The translations under genes were made by a program, and so were the position numbers. Under the pieces are notes generated by a model. The model was not told where the DNA came from. It made no database searches and was given only the letters and a program-made list of their open reading frames with translations. Positions 1-12,694 of a stretch of DNA of 64,000 nt are shown here, piece by piece. Source of the DNA: Microthyrium microscopicum (taxonomy: Eukaryota); assembly GCA_010405405.1 (NCBI GenBank), contig MU004239.1, forward strand, positions 248,001-312,000. The letters run 5' to 3'. Numbering within the stretch: position 1 is the first letter of the stretch; each line of letters begins with the position of its first letter.

Positions 1-71
1 TAACAACATTGAGTCAATGTCATGAACCGAGGCAACGTTGAGGAGAGCATTGATGTGTAGATTGGATATTG

Positions 72-986
72 CTATAAGTCCTTCCTCAGACCTCCACCCC
101 TACGCATTTTTGACTCTCGTTTCTTTTCTTCCTCATTGGGTTCATGCCACCATGTTTTTGCGTTTTGCTTTTCAAATCCCAGCTCTTGCCAATTGCGAAA
201 GCTAGCTGAGGTTATTTGATGATAAGGAATTCCAAGGTCTTTCGATAGCTGGTCCTTCATGTAGAAACCCCAATCCCAAAAATCCATATCAAACTCTGGA
301 CCTCCATCGAAGAAGATTTCGAACATCTTCTGCCGCTCCTCAAACTCCGTGTCCATGTAATCCCTGGACTCGTTCACTATTCTATTCTTGTTATAAGCCC
401 GGGGCTTCGTCCACTTGTCAACTTTCTTCCAGTCAACCTGGAATCCGCCTTCGTCATAAGTAGGCGAGCCATTTGGACCCTTTTTGTGACAGATGTATAA
501 GTGATGGCAGTCATAGTAAGGACTCGAAAGGCTCTTCTTGCGAAATGTCGCGTCCCATTGACTTTGGAATGGCAAGATTTCCCCTAATTTGAGGGGCTCT
601 GGGATGTCAAATCGGGCCTTGTATGAGTCTGTGAGACCCATATTCTCCAGATCGTGCTCATCGTAGCGTGGTCGTGCTTCTCGGCCTGGGGTTGCTCGAG
701 GATCCCGCAATTGGCTTCTGTTGTAGTCAAACTCAAGATCCGGTGTCGTTAGGTGAGGCTTTGTCTCCTTTGCAATTTGAACGTCTGGCTTGGTCTTGGA
801 CGTAGCCTTCTTGCGCCCACTAATGGACGTCTTCGGTGCCACCTTGGTCTTCTTGGCAGGTTGGCCTGCCTGGGGCTCATCTTTCGAATGTCGCTTCGAA
901 TTTTTCGAGTTGATTGAGGACGCACTCGATTGCGTCAGCTTTCCCTCCATCGCGTTAGATTTCGTGCCAGCTCGAGTTGTAGGCAT
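72..986 (-). CDS. Hypothetical fungal protein (304 aa), Lys-rich disordered N-terminus, globular-looking C-terminal half
   Basis: Single intronless ATG-started ORF; no family recognised with confidence. Confidence 0.7.
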   Translation of the reverse strand: MPTTRAGTKSNAMEGKLTQSSASSINSKNSKRHSKDEPQAGQPAKKTKVAPKTSISGRKKATSKTKPDVQIAKETKPHLTTPDLEFDYNRSQLRDPRATPGREARPRYDEHDLENMGLTDSYKARFDIPEPLKLGEILPFQSQWDATFRKKSLSSPYYDCHHLYICHKKGPNGSPTYDEGGFQVDWKKVDKWTKPRAYNKNRIVNESRDYMDTEFEERQKMFEIFFDGGPEFDMDFWDWGFYMKDQLSKDLGIPYHQITSASFRNWQELGFEKQNAKTWWHEPNEEEKKRESKMRRGGGLRKDL

Positions 987-1586
987 ATTGAAGCTCTATC
1001 TTTGTAAATCAGGCAATGTTGAGAGAAGTATCAAGTGGGCAGTAAGACGGACGCTAGCAAGTCTCGTCCTATATACTTTGAGCTGGTTGAGGAAGGGAAG
1101 CCATTGACATCAGAGGTGCGACGCGGTTAGAGATCGGCTCTAAGGCTGTAAACATGGTTGCGGCAGAATATTGATCTGATTGGTTCATGTGTTTGTCGAT
1201 GGTTTGGAGATAGAGCTTGTCTTATTCTCCGCCATTGGGTACCGTATGTTATGCTTTATCTAGATATCGTGATCGCACGCCAATCACGTTATTTATGCTG
1301 ATACATTTTTTTCCATCTCCACGATATCTTTAGGTGGAGGGCACGCAACAGATCAAGTCAGCCGGTGATATCGTGGGGAAATACCAGGGATGATGTCACG
1401 ACTGCCTCTCATTGGCCCTATCATGATCTGATGATCCCCAATCTTTCCCATGTCCTTGCCGCTCATCCCTCTTCTTCTGTCTCTTCTTTCTCTGCAGAAC
1501 TCCCTTTACACCTTCGTTCCAACCTCAAGAATAAAACTTGGTGTCTGCTTATGTTGTAACTGCTCCCGAACCCGGAACTCGACTCC

Positions 1587-3326
1587 ATGTCCTCTCCTCG
1601 ACCTTCGTCCAGCGGCGGCCGACCACTCACTCCAAAACACCATGACTGGGTCACTGTGGGGCTATTAATATCTTTAGCTCCCCTGTCCATTACTCTAGGC
1701 CTGTTGGTTGCTTTGTCTGATGCTGTGTCAAGGGTTGTTGGACACAGGGGAAAGCTACTTCCTCGACTAAATGCACAATCGAGCAATCGCCGCCTCAATG
1801 GACGTCCCCAACCCCCGAGCCAGTCAGTGGAGACCACTGCTATCCTTGAACAGCCTAGGGGGCCAAAATATAATGTTTTGATAACTGGATCTACACCTTT
1901 GGCATTGGCAATGGCTCGAGAGTTTACTAAAAATGGTCACCGAGTTACCGTAAGCGATCACGAAACTGTTCGGCGAGTAAATCGAGCCCGATATTCGAGA
2001 GGCGTGTCGAGTTTCTTGCCGATGAAAAAGGTCGATACTTATGCTTGGCCATTGTTTGGTAGATCTACTCAGACTCTCAGTTTTCCCGAACAAATGCTTC
2101 TTGTTGTGAAGGCAAAACAACCGAATATTTGGCTACCATGTGATGATTCAATTACCGAGGAAGAAATGATGCAGGCAGTTGGGGTTATCAAATCGCGATA
2201 TCCAGAGATTTCGGTCTACTCACCTGGACCGGAAGCTCTCAATCTATCGTGGGACTCTACAGAATTTACTCAATATGTTGAATCTCTGGATCTCACTATC
2301 CGAACACCTAGAAGCTCGATTGTGATGAGCAGAGGCGAAGTTCATCGCATGATTGGATCGCCTGGGAGGACCAAATCAGTACATCTCACTGGACCAGTAT
2401 CAAACAACGGTACCCCGGAGCCTTTTGTGAAAGGCCATCGATGGCGAGACTCTGGATATTCCGAAGGCAGCTCCACTGATGGGAAAGATAGCTTGGAAAG
2501 CTCACAGTTGGAAAAGTCGTTTCACCTACCGCTTGAGAATTTAAGCAAGACATATGACCTCCTGAGCAGCCTTTCCATCAATTCTGTATCTCCTTGGAAA
2601 GCATCCAGTGTTGTAATCGGTCGACCTTGTATTGTTCATGCACTTATCGTTGAAAATTCCATGCGAGCATTTACCGCATATCTTGGAAGCAACAAGATTA
2701 CATATCCAGCAACCGAAGACAGCGAATCAGATTCGTTTGCAGACACCATTAATCCTATGGATCAGGATTCCCCTCTAGTTTCTACGCTTCAGCAATTCTC
2801 CAAAGGGTTCATTTCCAAACTCCCAGGTTACGTCTCCGGTACCATAAGTCTGCGGTTCATACTGGTAGAAACCTCTACATCCTTTGGTCTAGAAGTCAGA
2901 CCATGCATCATTCAATGCCAATTTGGTCTTCCTAAGGCTCTCCTAGGAATTCCAGACGCAGCGCCAACTTGGGCGCTGGGTATGGCCAAGCCTTGTGTTC
3001 GAATGAAGCAAAGACAAGCATCAATTCCAAAACAAGAAATCACATCTGGAATCAATACTGGAGTTTACTCTCTTCCAGGAGCATTTTTCTTCCTCTTCCT
3101 GCGATCGATATTTGGTTTTGTCACGTTCCAGCTCTGCACATCCGATGTGCTTTGCCAATGGCGAGTCTTTGTGGATAAGGTAATGTATTGGAGAGAAGAA
3201 CTGTGGGATTCTGAAGATCCAGGTCCTTTCTTTTGGTTCTGGATTGTAGAACAACCAATCGTTGCATTTTTAGAGCTGCTTTCTCGCATATTAAGGACAT
3301 TTAGAATTATGGCGCCGCTGGAATGA
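1587..3326 (+). CDS. Divergent ATP-grasp-like protein (MysC/FsqD-like N-terminal module) with hydrophobic N- and C-terminal segments
   Basis: 579-aa ORF. VLITG..LALAMAREFTKNGHRV..D...ARYSRGVSSF and 'IWLPC' resemble the pre-ATP-grasp region of mycosporine/FsqD-type ligases; C-terminal W..EDPGPFFW. Family call is from memory of motifs. Confidence 0.55.
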   Translation: MSSPRPSSSGGRPLTPKHHDWVTVGLLISLAPLSITLGLLVALSDAVSRVVGHRGKLLPRLNAQSSNRRLNGRPQPPSQSVETTAILEQPRGPKYNVLITGSTPLALAMAREFTKNGHRVTVSDHETVRRVNRARYSRGVSSFLPMKKVDTYAWPLFGRSTQTLSFPEQMLLVVKAKQPNIWLPCDDSITEEEMMQAVGVIKSRYPEISVYSPGPEALNLSWDSTEFTQYVESLDLTIRTPRSSIVMSRGEVHRMIGSPGRTKSVHLTGPVSNNGTPEPFVKGHRWRDSGYSEGSSTDGKDSLESSQLEKSFHLPLENLSKTYDLLSSLSINSVSPWKASSVVIGRPCIVHALIVENSMRAFTAYLGSNKITYPATEDSESDSFADTINPMDQDSPLVSTLQQFSKGFISKLPGYVSGTISLRFILVETSTSFGLEVRPCIIQCQFGLPKALLGIPDAAPTWALGMAKPCVRMKQRQASIPKQEITSGINTGVYSLPGAFFFLFLRSIFGFVTFQLCTSDVLCQWRVFVDKVMYWREELWDSEDPGPFFWFWIVEQPIVAFLELLSRILRTFRIMAPLE

Positions 3327-3738
3327 TGGGGGAAGTTTACACGAACTGTATATATTTAACGACATAGGTATACGATTATGAACATACACGCATTTCAAGC
3401 ATTTATTCTGAAAAGATATCCTTTTCGTATTTCTATGAACTTGCCAAATATGTAGTAGATTGGAAAACCTCGGTCCATTCTTTATCCTTGTAGCTCGAAG
3501 CTTTCGAAGCTCTCGAAGCTCTCCAGAGTCCAAACCACAAAATCCCATGTTACACAACATCTACACCGCAAAATCTAACACATGAAATCCCGCACACCCA
3601 CATTGTCCCTCCCAGACTATACGCGAGAACATATATGCGCCCAGATCCTCCTACATAAACCACCAACTGCCCCACCTCCTCATTCCCTCTCTCCCCTCTT
3701 TATACCGTGCGTCTAACGAAGTCACGAATCCCAAAAAA

Positions 3739-4404
3739 ATGACAACAAAATTCCAATCCCAAGACCACTCCATCGCTCCCAACATCGCGCACTTCTCAAA
3801 AATCCCCTGGTGTGCTACCTACCTCTCCAACCCCGCCTGGACGCTCGTCCCAACGCGCTGCCGCGAACCTAAAGAGAGTACCGAGGACTCTCTATTCAGC
3901 ACGGCGCTTCAGACACCATCTACGATATCGCACCACCTTACACTCGCCAACGTCCCAAGTCTGCCATTGAAAAGAGATCGTGTATTGGAATGGCGGATCG
4001 CGTCCGGTAGCAAAGAAGCTGCGGATATGGGGTTAAGGATACCAGCGACACAGACGTTCTGGAGTCTAGGCGCGGATCTCAATGGCTTTCCGAATGTTGC
4101 GCATGGGGGCTTATTGGCGGCGTTGCTTGATGAGGCGATGGGACTATTGCTCACAGTGAATGGGGAGTTTGGTGGCGGTAGTGGGGCCTTGATTAATGCG
4201 GTGACGGTGTTTATGAATGTACGGTATCGTGCGCCGGTACAGACGCCGGGGACGGTGTTGGTGGGCGCTAGGTGTACGAAGAAGGAGGGACGGAAGACGT
4301 TTGTGAGCGCGCAGGTGGTGCAGTGGCAGGAGGAGCAGGGGAAGGAGGTGGTGTGTGCGGAGTGTGAGGGGATGTATTTGGAAGTCAAGGAGACGAGGCT
4401 GTAG
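3739..4404 (+). CDS. HotDog-fold (PaaI/THEM4-like) thioesterase
   Basis: LNGFPNVAHGGLLAALLDEAMG motif, VT..MNVRYRAPVQTPG, EGRK. Confidence 0.9.
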   Translation: MTTKFQSQDHSIAPNIAHFSKIPWCATYLSNPAWTLVPTRCREPKESTEDSLFSTALQTPSTISHHLTLANVPSLPLKRDRVLEWRIASGSKEAADMGLRIPATQTFWSLGADLNGFPNVAHGGLLAALLDEAMGLLLTVNGEFGGGSGALINAVTVFMNVRYRAPVQTPGTVLVGARCTKKEGRKTFVSAQVVQWQEEQGKEVVCAECEGMYLEVKETRL

Positions 4405-4783
4405 ATGGTGAGATACTTTGATATTCTTGGGCGATTTGGCAGGATAACGAGCATTTGATATGTTTGGATGATATAGATTTGGATATATTCGCCTCCACTC
4501 CATTCTCCGCTGGTAGGTATATTCAGACACATACAAGTACATTAAAAACTTCCCATCAGACAGCCATACAGACGTTGCATGGCTTGACAAGCGACTGATA
4601 TCTTCCGTTGCAGTTCTGAATATTCTGTCAACCAATCGTCTGTCGCTACTAGCATGTGTGCCGCAGATGATTTATATGGCCGTGTTCCTTGCTTCAGGGG
4701 TTCGAAATTGGTTCGAGATTCACGAAGTAGGCCTTTAAAGATGTATTCGCAAGCTCGCCCATTTCTTCACGATTTCTGTTCTT

Positions 4784-5766
4784 TCATATCGGATGCCCTG
4801 CCGTTGCCTTTGCCTCCAGTACACCACTTCCTCTAGAGCTAAAAATAGCCATGATGCCAAAGAGGCCATAAAACAGCGCCAGAGGATATGCAACCAGCAC
4901 TCTCATCTGGCTCATTCTGCCCACTGCACAAAACATAGCACTCGAGCTATACGTGCACCAGCTGATGGCCAAGCTTGTTATTATGTAACCGAAGAAGGTA
5001 TCCATAGGTACGGCAATACCGACTAGGGATGTGAAGACGAGGGGGAGGATACAGTAGCCGAGTACTGATGTGGATCGGCCAAAGGTCAAGGTCGAGAGGA
5101 GATTACTTGGATGCTCGTGTTGGGTGGAGGACGCATCAGAGACAGTTGGTGGTGCCATGAGTGAGAAGACTCCCCATAGGGAGAGGCTGCCTAGAGCTCC
5201 TAGGCCGTAGATGTAGCCAAAGTGGACTTTACCCGACTGTATAGGTTAGCGTATTGTTTGAAGTTGATGGAGCTAGAGCTTACGAATAGGAGGAAGAAGC
5301 CGAAGAGAAGAAAGAAAAGTACAGGTCCGGCTAAATCTGCATCATCCATGATATGTTGATCCATTCGCGCCAGAGGGTTGAGGACGGAGAGTGTCTTGGA
5401 TGGAAGTTAGTATGCGAATTGTATGCATTGGAAATCAGTCCAGCTTACCTTCATCTTTATGTGTCCGAAATTGACGCCTAATTCTTCCAAGAGTGGAGGC
5501 TCTCCATCATATCCCTCTGTGCCGAATGCCGCGAGCCAACCTGTGCGTAGACCTCCTTGATCTCCCATGCGACCGCTCACACCTGGCTGAGCCCCGAAGC
5601 CTCCACCAAATCCAGTATTTGCGTACCCGCTGGATGATGCGCCAGCATTGTTGTATGCTTGGAATGGAGTTGAGTGGCCGGATACAGGTTGTTGTGAATA
5701 GGAGGATTGGTAGAATTGTAGGTTGGGTGTTGCTTGTTGTTGGGGAGGGTAGCCGTATTGGGCCAT
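4784..5766 (-). CDS. YIP1: Yip1 ER-Golgi membrane protein; 3 exons (introns ~5395-5448 and ~5237-5283)
   Basis: [62 protein letters not shown] motifs across spliced exons. Confidence 0.95.
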
Positions 5767-6192
5767 GGCAGCGGGCGCGAGTGGTAAATTTCTGTCAAAT
5801 TGGATTTAAGGAGAGGAGGAGAATGTTGAGAGACAAGAAGAAGATGTGGCGACGTGTAGGTGATGGGTAAAAGGTGTCATGAACATTAGTGGTAGTAGTT
5901 TGTAGTAGCAAAAGGCAACTGCGTAGCTTTTGAGATGCCAGATGGACTTTGGCGTTGCGCGTAGTTGCGCATCCCTGTCGCTGACAGGTTAAAGTCAGCA
6001 TTTAGTCAGCCAACATCATCCCCGGAATCATCCGATCAGGCCAGAAAAAGTTGGATATGAGAGGCAAGAGGAGAGGCCGCCAACCCTTGATATCTCTCCC
6101 TTCTACTCATCATCAACTGGTCAATTCTCTACAACAAACTTCGCAACCTCTTTTTGGCCAACTCCCGCACCCGCTATCTACTCATCCTCAAA

Positions 6193-7201
6193 ATGGGTTG
6201 GTTTTGGTCCGAAGCAACTCCCGCAATCGCGGCACCCGTTGCGCCTCATCCTATGCCAACATCTTCGGATGCCGTTCCTCCAGTATGTTAGCGACTCAGC
6301 TATATATTATACCCTTAACTAACAAGTATAGCCATCATGTCCTATGCACAAGCCGAAAGCCGTAGAAGCAGACATCAAAGCCTCTTCATTACAGGCATGC
6401 CCGTACACACCACCCGATAAAACCACACGCGACTCTGGTCCTCGATCCGCCACGATATCAAAACTCAATCCACTGAATTGGATGCCCACCAACCTCTCCA
6501 ACGAAGCAGCCCCTAATCAAAATTACAAACTTCCTCTCGAACGCGAACAGAGCACCATTCCCAAAGGCGACGGCTCCGGCAACTGGGAATATCCTTCTCC
6601 TCAGCAAATGTACAACGCTCTGCTACGGAAAGGCTACAATGACACACCCGTCGATGGCATCGAGCCAATGGTTGCAGTCCATAACTTCCTCAACGAAGGG
6701 ACCTGGGCCGAAATCATGGAATGGGAACGCCGCTTCGGCCGAGGTTTGATGCAGGGCTGGCGCGAATGTGCAAGAGGTGAAGCTGGCACCAAGTACAGTG
6801 CCGCTGGCGAGATGGACTGGACCGACAAGGACTTGCCGGCACCGCAACTTGCGCGCTTCACTGGTCGGCCAGGCGAGCTTAGTCCACGAGCACGCATGCT
6901 ACAGGCAGCGGGATGGTTGTTTCCAAGCCATTTCGAGAGCGAGCCGCCGTTTGATCGGCACGACTGGTTTGTGCAGCGCAAACAGCCGGACGGAAGCGTC
7001 AAGGAGGTCAGATATGTGATCGACTACTACTCCGGGCCACCGGAGTCAGATGGCATGCCAGTGTTCTTCTTGGATGTCCGACCTGCTGTCGATACACCAG
7101 CGGCGGCAGCAGCGCGTACTATGCGCTGGGCACGCGAAGTCTGGTATCAAGGAACTGGTGCTCAACTTAGAGAGCAAAAGACACAGAGCTCCAACTCATA
7201 A
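6193..7201 (+). CDS. CYC3: Cytochrome c heme lyase (holocytochrome c synthase); intron ~6283-6331
   Basis: MGWFW start, CPM/CPY heme-regulatory motifs, STIPKG..NWEYPSPQQMYNALLRKG, VHNFLNE, PFDRHDW, RYVIDYY, LDVRPA. Confidence 0.93.
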
Positions 7202-7431
7202 CGTTCCTCTGCCGCGTTTTTTGGCGTTTCATTCTGTGTATTAGCACCTTGCCTGTTCTTTACTCTCCACTTTTAGCATGTTGACGATGGATATCGAAGG
7301 GATGATCCCATGACTGGTAATTTGGCATTTGAGCGTTTTGGTTTCAACCCAGTTTTTGGCGAACCATGTATATATTTCCTTCATAAACAGCAACACCGAT
7401 CAATGCTATGCTAACTAACAGTCAATGCCTC

Positions 7432-10400
7432 TTACTCCGAATCGCTATCGTCAATAATAAATCCTGCTCTCGTCTTCCTCGCTGTGGGTGCCTGCTTCAC
7501 CGAGCCATCGTCCGAGTCCTCTGCGCCATCCATCACAACATCTTCAGTCGCTTTATCCAAACCAGCACTCTCCTGTGACGGCCCAAGAGGCTGTGAAGAA
7601 ACAGGCGTATCTTCACCATCGCTCCCATCCTCCGAAGTTCTTCTCATCGGCGCATCAGACTCATCATCAGAATCAGAAGACAGCCCGGAATCAACATCCA
7701 TCGGATCATCCTCCGCATCACCCTTCCGTCGCTTCCCTCTCTCGGAACCACTCTCCACATCCTCCCCATCACTCTCTTCATCATCGCTCTTCCGCTTCTT
7801 CCCTCGCTTCTTCGTCACTCCCTCACCAGCAACGGCATTAGCAATATTCTTCCGCGCCATCTGCCGTCGCTCCTCCTCCTTGGCGAAAAACTCCTTATCT
7901 CGCTCTTGATCAGACTCATCATCGCTCTCGTGCACCCAGAGGGCTGATTTGATCTTCCTGCTCTTCTCCTTCTCGTTTAAGCGCCGCTTAGCAGCTCGTG
8001 CAGCTAGTTCTGCATCATCTAGCTCTACAACTTCGCGGGCACGTTTGCGCTTCAAGGTACGTTTCTTGGGCTCGACATCTGACTTGCGCGCTGTAGGACC
8101 ACCAGCTGGGAAGAGAACCCCATCGTTGTCGGAGGCATCGTCTTCGCTGGATAGAAAGCCTTCCTCGGTGCTGCGGATGCGTGTGCTGGCGGCGGATTTG
8201 CGGCGCAGGTAGTATTCAGGTGCTTTGGCGTCGGGATAGTCTGCGAGAGTGGAGAGGGTTGATTCAGCGTCTTGGATCTTCTTGAGCGCGTTTGTGAGAT
8301 CTGCGGAGGTCAGGGCGGAAGGGATGTACCAGGTGGCGCCGGGAGTGTCTTCGAGATCCATGCGGAGGAAGCCAACGAGGGTCATAAGAAGGCGGAATTT
8401 GTTGTTTTTGAACATGGCGGTTTCGACTTCTTTGTTGCTGGATTTGACGGTTATTGTAGGCGTTTGAGCGTTGCTTGTCGTCTTGTCTGCGGACGATTCG
8501 TTCTGTTCGCCAGATTCTGCTGCTCTTGTAAGTGCTTCAATTTCCGCCCAGGATGATTGTTCGTCTTCCCAGGCTTTGCGTGCTTCAGCGGCACGGCTTA
8601 GCTCGTCCTTGACAAATTTGATCAAGTCTGATTTTGTTGCTGAAACTAACGCTTCGGTGACGACTCCAATTCGATCACCTTCTGCAATTTTTGGGTTCAC
8701 TTCCAACTCCGCAGGCGGTCTGGGCGCGCTCTTGTTGACTTCTTTATCGAACCCATGCTCTAGATAGAACATAGAGGATGGTATCTTGCTGAACAGCATC
8801 TCCACCATAAGTTCAGGATGCTCTTGAACACGCTTGATCATGCGCTTAAACAGCTGCCGAACCAGCTCTTCCCATTCCTTGAAACAAGATAGGTCGTGAT
8901 CTATACAGGCCTCTCCTTTGATCATATTCTGGAACAGCTGGACAATGTCCACGCGGAACAGAAGCGTGCTTAGCTCTGCCTTGAAGGCTACTCGGTGGAA
9001 GAAACGATGGGCGCGCTTTAGTTGGTCTACGCTGAGGTCTCGATAGAATTTAGTGAACTCGACAAAGGTGTCGACACAGCCTTGTTGCATAAACTTGGCT
9101 GAAAACCGAGCAAAGTCAAACTTTCGTTCTCGTGAAATGATCTCGATACGGCCAACGTCTTCCGGGCCTGAAGCATCGTCTCCGTTGGTAGGAGCAGTTG
9201 TGTCGGTGTCCTGAGCGGCCTGCTTCTTCTTACGTGTTCGTCGGCGAGAGCGGATTTGCATATCGGTATTTTGCTTCGCGTAGCGCTCTAGCATGCGGAT
9301 GAACACGTGTGCCAACTCGGTAACAGCATTGAGGTAGCCACGCCCCTGGTCTTTGTAGTTACGTAGCAGGTCAATTACTCGGGTATGCGTTCCTTCTTCA
9401 TAGAAGAGATTGTTCTGGATGTTGTCGGCAATTTCTTGATCTTCTTCGTTGTTTGACTCTTCCATTTGCTGGACCGTCAGGAGAATTTGAGTGAAGCACT
9501 TCATGCCAGAATTGACATAGTGCCAATCCTTGGAGTCATAGGACGTTTGCATAAACCGATTAAGTAGAACAAATGTCTCCTTGTTCATGACTCCAGCAAT
9601 GATACCAAATCCCTCCTCCTCAGGCTGTTGTCCGGCCTTTTGCTTGCCTTTGGCAGCTGCTGATTGCTTCATATGTTGTCTCCGAGAACTTTCGGCTTGA
9701 AGGAACCAGCTGACGAGGTAGAAGTATTGCATTTTGTGCATTTCCAGCACACGATCCAATTCTCGTTCGATTGACCGCCGTAGATGGGTGAATAGAGGGT
9801 TAAATGCGCTGTCCAGAAAATCTTCCACAAATTTGCGCAAATGCCGACGTGCAGAGCTAGAGACTGGTACTTCCATATCAAACTCAAAAGAGCCTTTATC
9901 TTCATTCGCTTTTCGTCCACCGGTTTTCGGTTTATTCCATTTCTTGGACTTGTCAAGATATTGGAGACCTTTGGCAGGACCACTGATAGCACTCTGTCCA
10001 GAGATCGTGGAAACGCGTTCTTGGTCGCGCGTCAGCCAGAGCATAGTGCCAAATCGATTGTGTCGAGTTGGTGCATATCGTGCGTATCCAGCATGCATGG
10101 CTTTCTCCTTTCTCATAAGCTCCTTTAATTCTTGAGTATTTGTCTGGATGAGCTCGTCCTCTTTCATGAACAGTCGCGTTGGGTCTATGCCTTTAAGGAG
10201 ATGGAATAGAGCCTCCAGAAGTACCACGTCCTGGATTGTGAACTCGTCTCCCATACTTGACGCCACCGTTAACAGTAGCTGAAGGATGTCTTGGTAGTAA
10301 AAGGCATCGATCGTTTTGGATCTGGATATCTCGATCTCATCGACATCGGCTGGGAGGTCTGCTGGTTGCGTAATCATGACAACGTTTCGAATGGCGTACA

Positions 10401-11048
10401 AGACGAGGCGAATGATTCCGTCGTCACGAATACTACGATCATTCTTAGGCTCGGCCATTGCTGGAAGTGCAATTCGCACAAGTTGGCGAAGGATCTTTTT
10501 TGAATCATGCTGAAGTATGGCGCGCTTATATCCGACTTGTGCGAGTCGTAGGTATGGGAGATGCTTGTGATGGTGCGCGGTAAATTCGTGATCTTCAACT
10601 TCCAAGGTCCATGTCAATGGTACCAAAAGTTCCACTGGTACAATTAGTATCACGATCCCAAGCCACAAAATGAGACTCACAGCATAACAGCGCTATCTTC
10701 GACCGCAGCTTATTGTCCTTTCCATCTTCTGGCCAGTCTGCCAGTATTTCAAGAATATCGCCTTTGACAAAGTTTGATTCTGCCAGCACTCGTTGTACGT
10801 CCAATCTTCCAAGTTTCTCGTCGTAGAACTTGATCCATCGTCGCAGATCTTTCAGACAACCGATAACGTCGTCTCCAAGCACATATCTTCCATGCTGCTC
10901 TATACTCGTGCCTCCAACCTGGGTGATCAGTTAGTAGGTTATGCAGTAGGAAAGTCGTTGAACATACTGCAGTGACGAGACTGCCCACGTAAGCGCGAAC
11001 TTCGGGATCCACGGTCTCCCGCTTCTCGAAAAATTCCTCTATACTCAT
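7432..11048 (-). CDS. TOF1: Replication fork protection protein Tof1/Swi1/Timeless; two short 5' introns
   Basis: YVLGDDVIGCLKDLRRWIKFYD, ELLVPLTW, TRHNRFGT, NNLFYEE, LLFRVD, VEMLFSK motifs; acidic/basic C-terminal tail. Confidence 0.95.
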
Positions 11049-11110
11049 GGTGGTGGGGTGATTTGGTGAGTTGGAGAATTGCAGGCAGTCCAGAAGATCA
11101 ATTAACACAG

Positions 11111-11147
11111 ACGCGTTAAATCGCGATCCAAATGTTGCCAGACGCGT
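11111..11147. promoter_or_regulatory. Two MluI cell-cycle boxes (ACGCGT) upstream of TOF1
   Basis: ACGCGT at 11111-11116 and 11142-11147 with TCGCGA between them, 63-99 bp upstream of the TOF1 ATG. Confidence 0.6.
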
Positions 11148-11290
11148 CAAAGTTGCAAGGACACCCCTGTCACAAGATCTCGGTTAGATTCGGAAGCTTC
11201 TGACAATGCCAACCTCAAGCAGCACCTCAACACCAAGAGATTATTTCTTTCGTTGAAAAGGATACACGAGTAAAATTTGGCATATCCATC

Positions 11291-12399
11291 ATGTTATTCT
11301 CACGAGTAGCAAGTCAATTGGCAAAACGGGCTGCACCTGGACAACTCCGCAGCTTCTCATCTTCTTCAGTTCAAATGGAAGTAAAAAAACTAGGCGTCAT
11401 TGGAGCTGGACAGATGGTAAATTTACTACACTATCTTTCAAATATGAAGACGAGTTCTAAGAATAAATCTCTAGGGTCTAGGAATAGCACTTGTTGCAGC
11501 ACAAAGAGCGAAAGTCCCGGTGACTCTTGTCGACACCTCACAAGCATCAATTGACAAGGGGCTGAAGTTCGCAAGTATGATCATAATACTTCTTGCTCAG
11601 TATGAGTTCTTACAAACTACGCAGGTAAACTCCTTGAAAAGGACATTGCCAAAGAGAGAATCACTGCCGAAGAAGCTGCACAAGTACGAGAACGTTTAAC
11701 TACAACTACCAACGTAGAAGACTTGGGAGACGTCGACTTTGTCATCGAGGCGGTTCCAGTATGTCTTCAAACCTGGGTTATCTATCCAGCTAATGCCTTT
11801 AGGAAATACCCGACCTGAAATTCAAGATTTTCGCCCAATTGGCCAAAGTCTGTCCACCACATGCTATTCTCGCAACCAACACATCATCAATATCAATCAC
11901 CAAGATCGCCGCCGCAACAACAACAGATCCCACAGACCTCTCCGCCGCGTCGCGAGTCGTCAGCTGTCATTTCATGAACCCAGTGCCGGTGCAAAAAGGA
12001 GTAGAAATCATCTCTGGTCTCCAGACATCTCCAGAGACTTTAGAAACTGCCATTGAGTTCTGCAAGCGCATGGGCAAGATTCCATCGAAGAGTGCCGACT
12101 CGCCGGGATTCCTTGCAAATCGCATTCTCATGCCATATATCAACGAAGCAATCATCTGCCTGGAGACTGGCGTTGGCGGCAAGGAAGATATTGACAGTAT
12201 CATGAAGAATGGAACCAATGTTCCCATGGGACCACTTCAGCTTGCGGATTTTATTGGCCTGGATACTTGTTTAGCGATTATGAAAGTACTACATGGGGAG
12301 ACTGGAGACAGCAAATACCGGCCGTCGATACTGCTGCAGAAAATGGTTGATGCTGGCTGGATGGGTAAGAAGAGTGGTAAGGGATTCTACGATTACTGA
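11291..12399 (+). CDS. Mitochondrial 3-hydroxybutyryl/3-hydroxyacyl-CoA dehydrogenase; 3 introns
   Basis: Arg/Ser-rich presequence, GVIGAGQMG, VIEAVPE, LATNTSS, HFMNPVPV, PGFLANR, PMGPLQLADFIGLD, GKKSGKGFY. Confidence 0.93.
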
Positions 12400-12694
12400 T
12401 GTACAAAAATATCACGAGTTCCATGGGTTTGAGTTCATGTGCAAGGAGAGATGTTTATTGCTTACAAGCGCAGCCAGTTCCTGCATCCCTTTATCGACTG
12501 CACCTTCTGAACCTGTTTTTTAAACGAGGGTTTTCTCCTCAACAAGGCAAGGTCAACTACTCGCTCTTTGATGTCATCTCCGGGTAGCAAGCAAATGATT
12601 GCAGTATATTACGTTCTGCTTTACTATCTCTGGTCGAACATTAGAGCGCAAATTCTTCCCTACAACCTCCGTGTGCTCTTCTTTCAGAACAGTG

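Noticed and set aside
3490..3525. (TCGAAGCT) x3 as a heat-shock element or array
   Set aside because: GAA/TTC spacing does not fit nGAAnnTTCn; it is a short micro-repeat.
7484..10135. Numerous 60-140 aa antisense ORFs over TOF1 (likewise over the ABC, TPS3 and TFIIIA genes)
   Set aside because: Shadow ORFs from codon bias of the real genes; no motifs.
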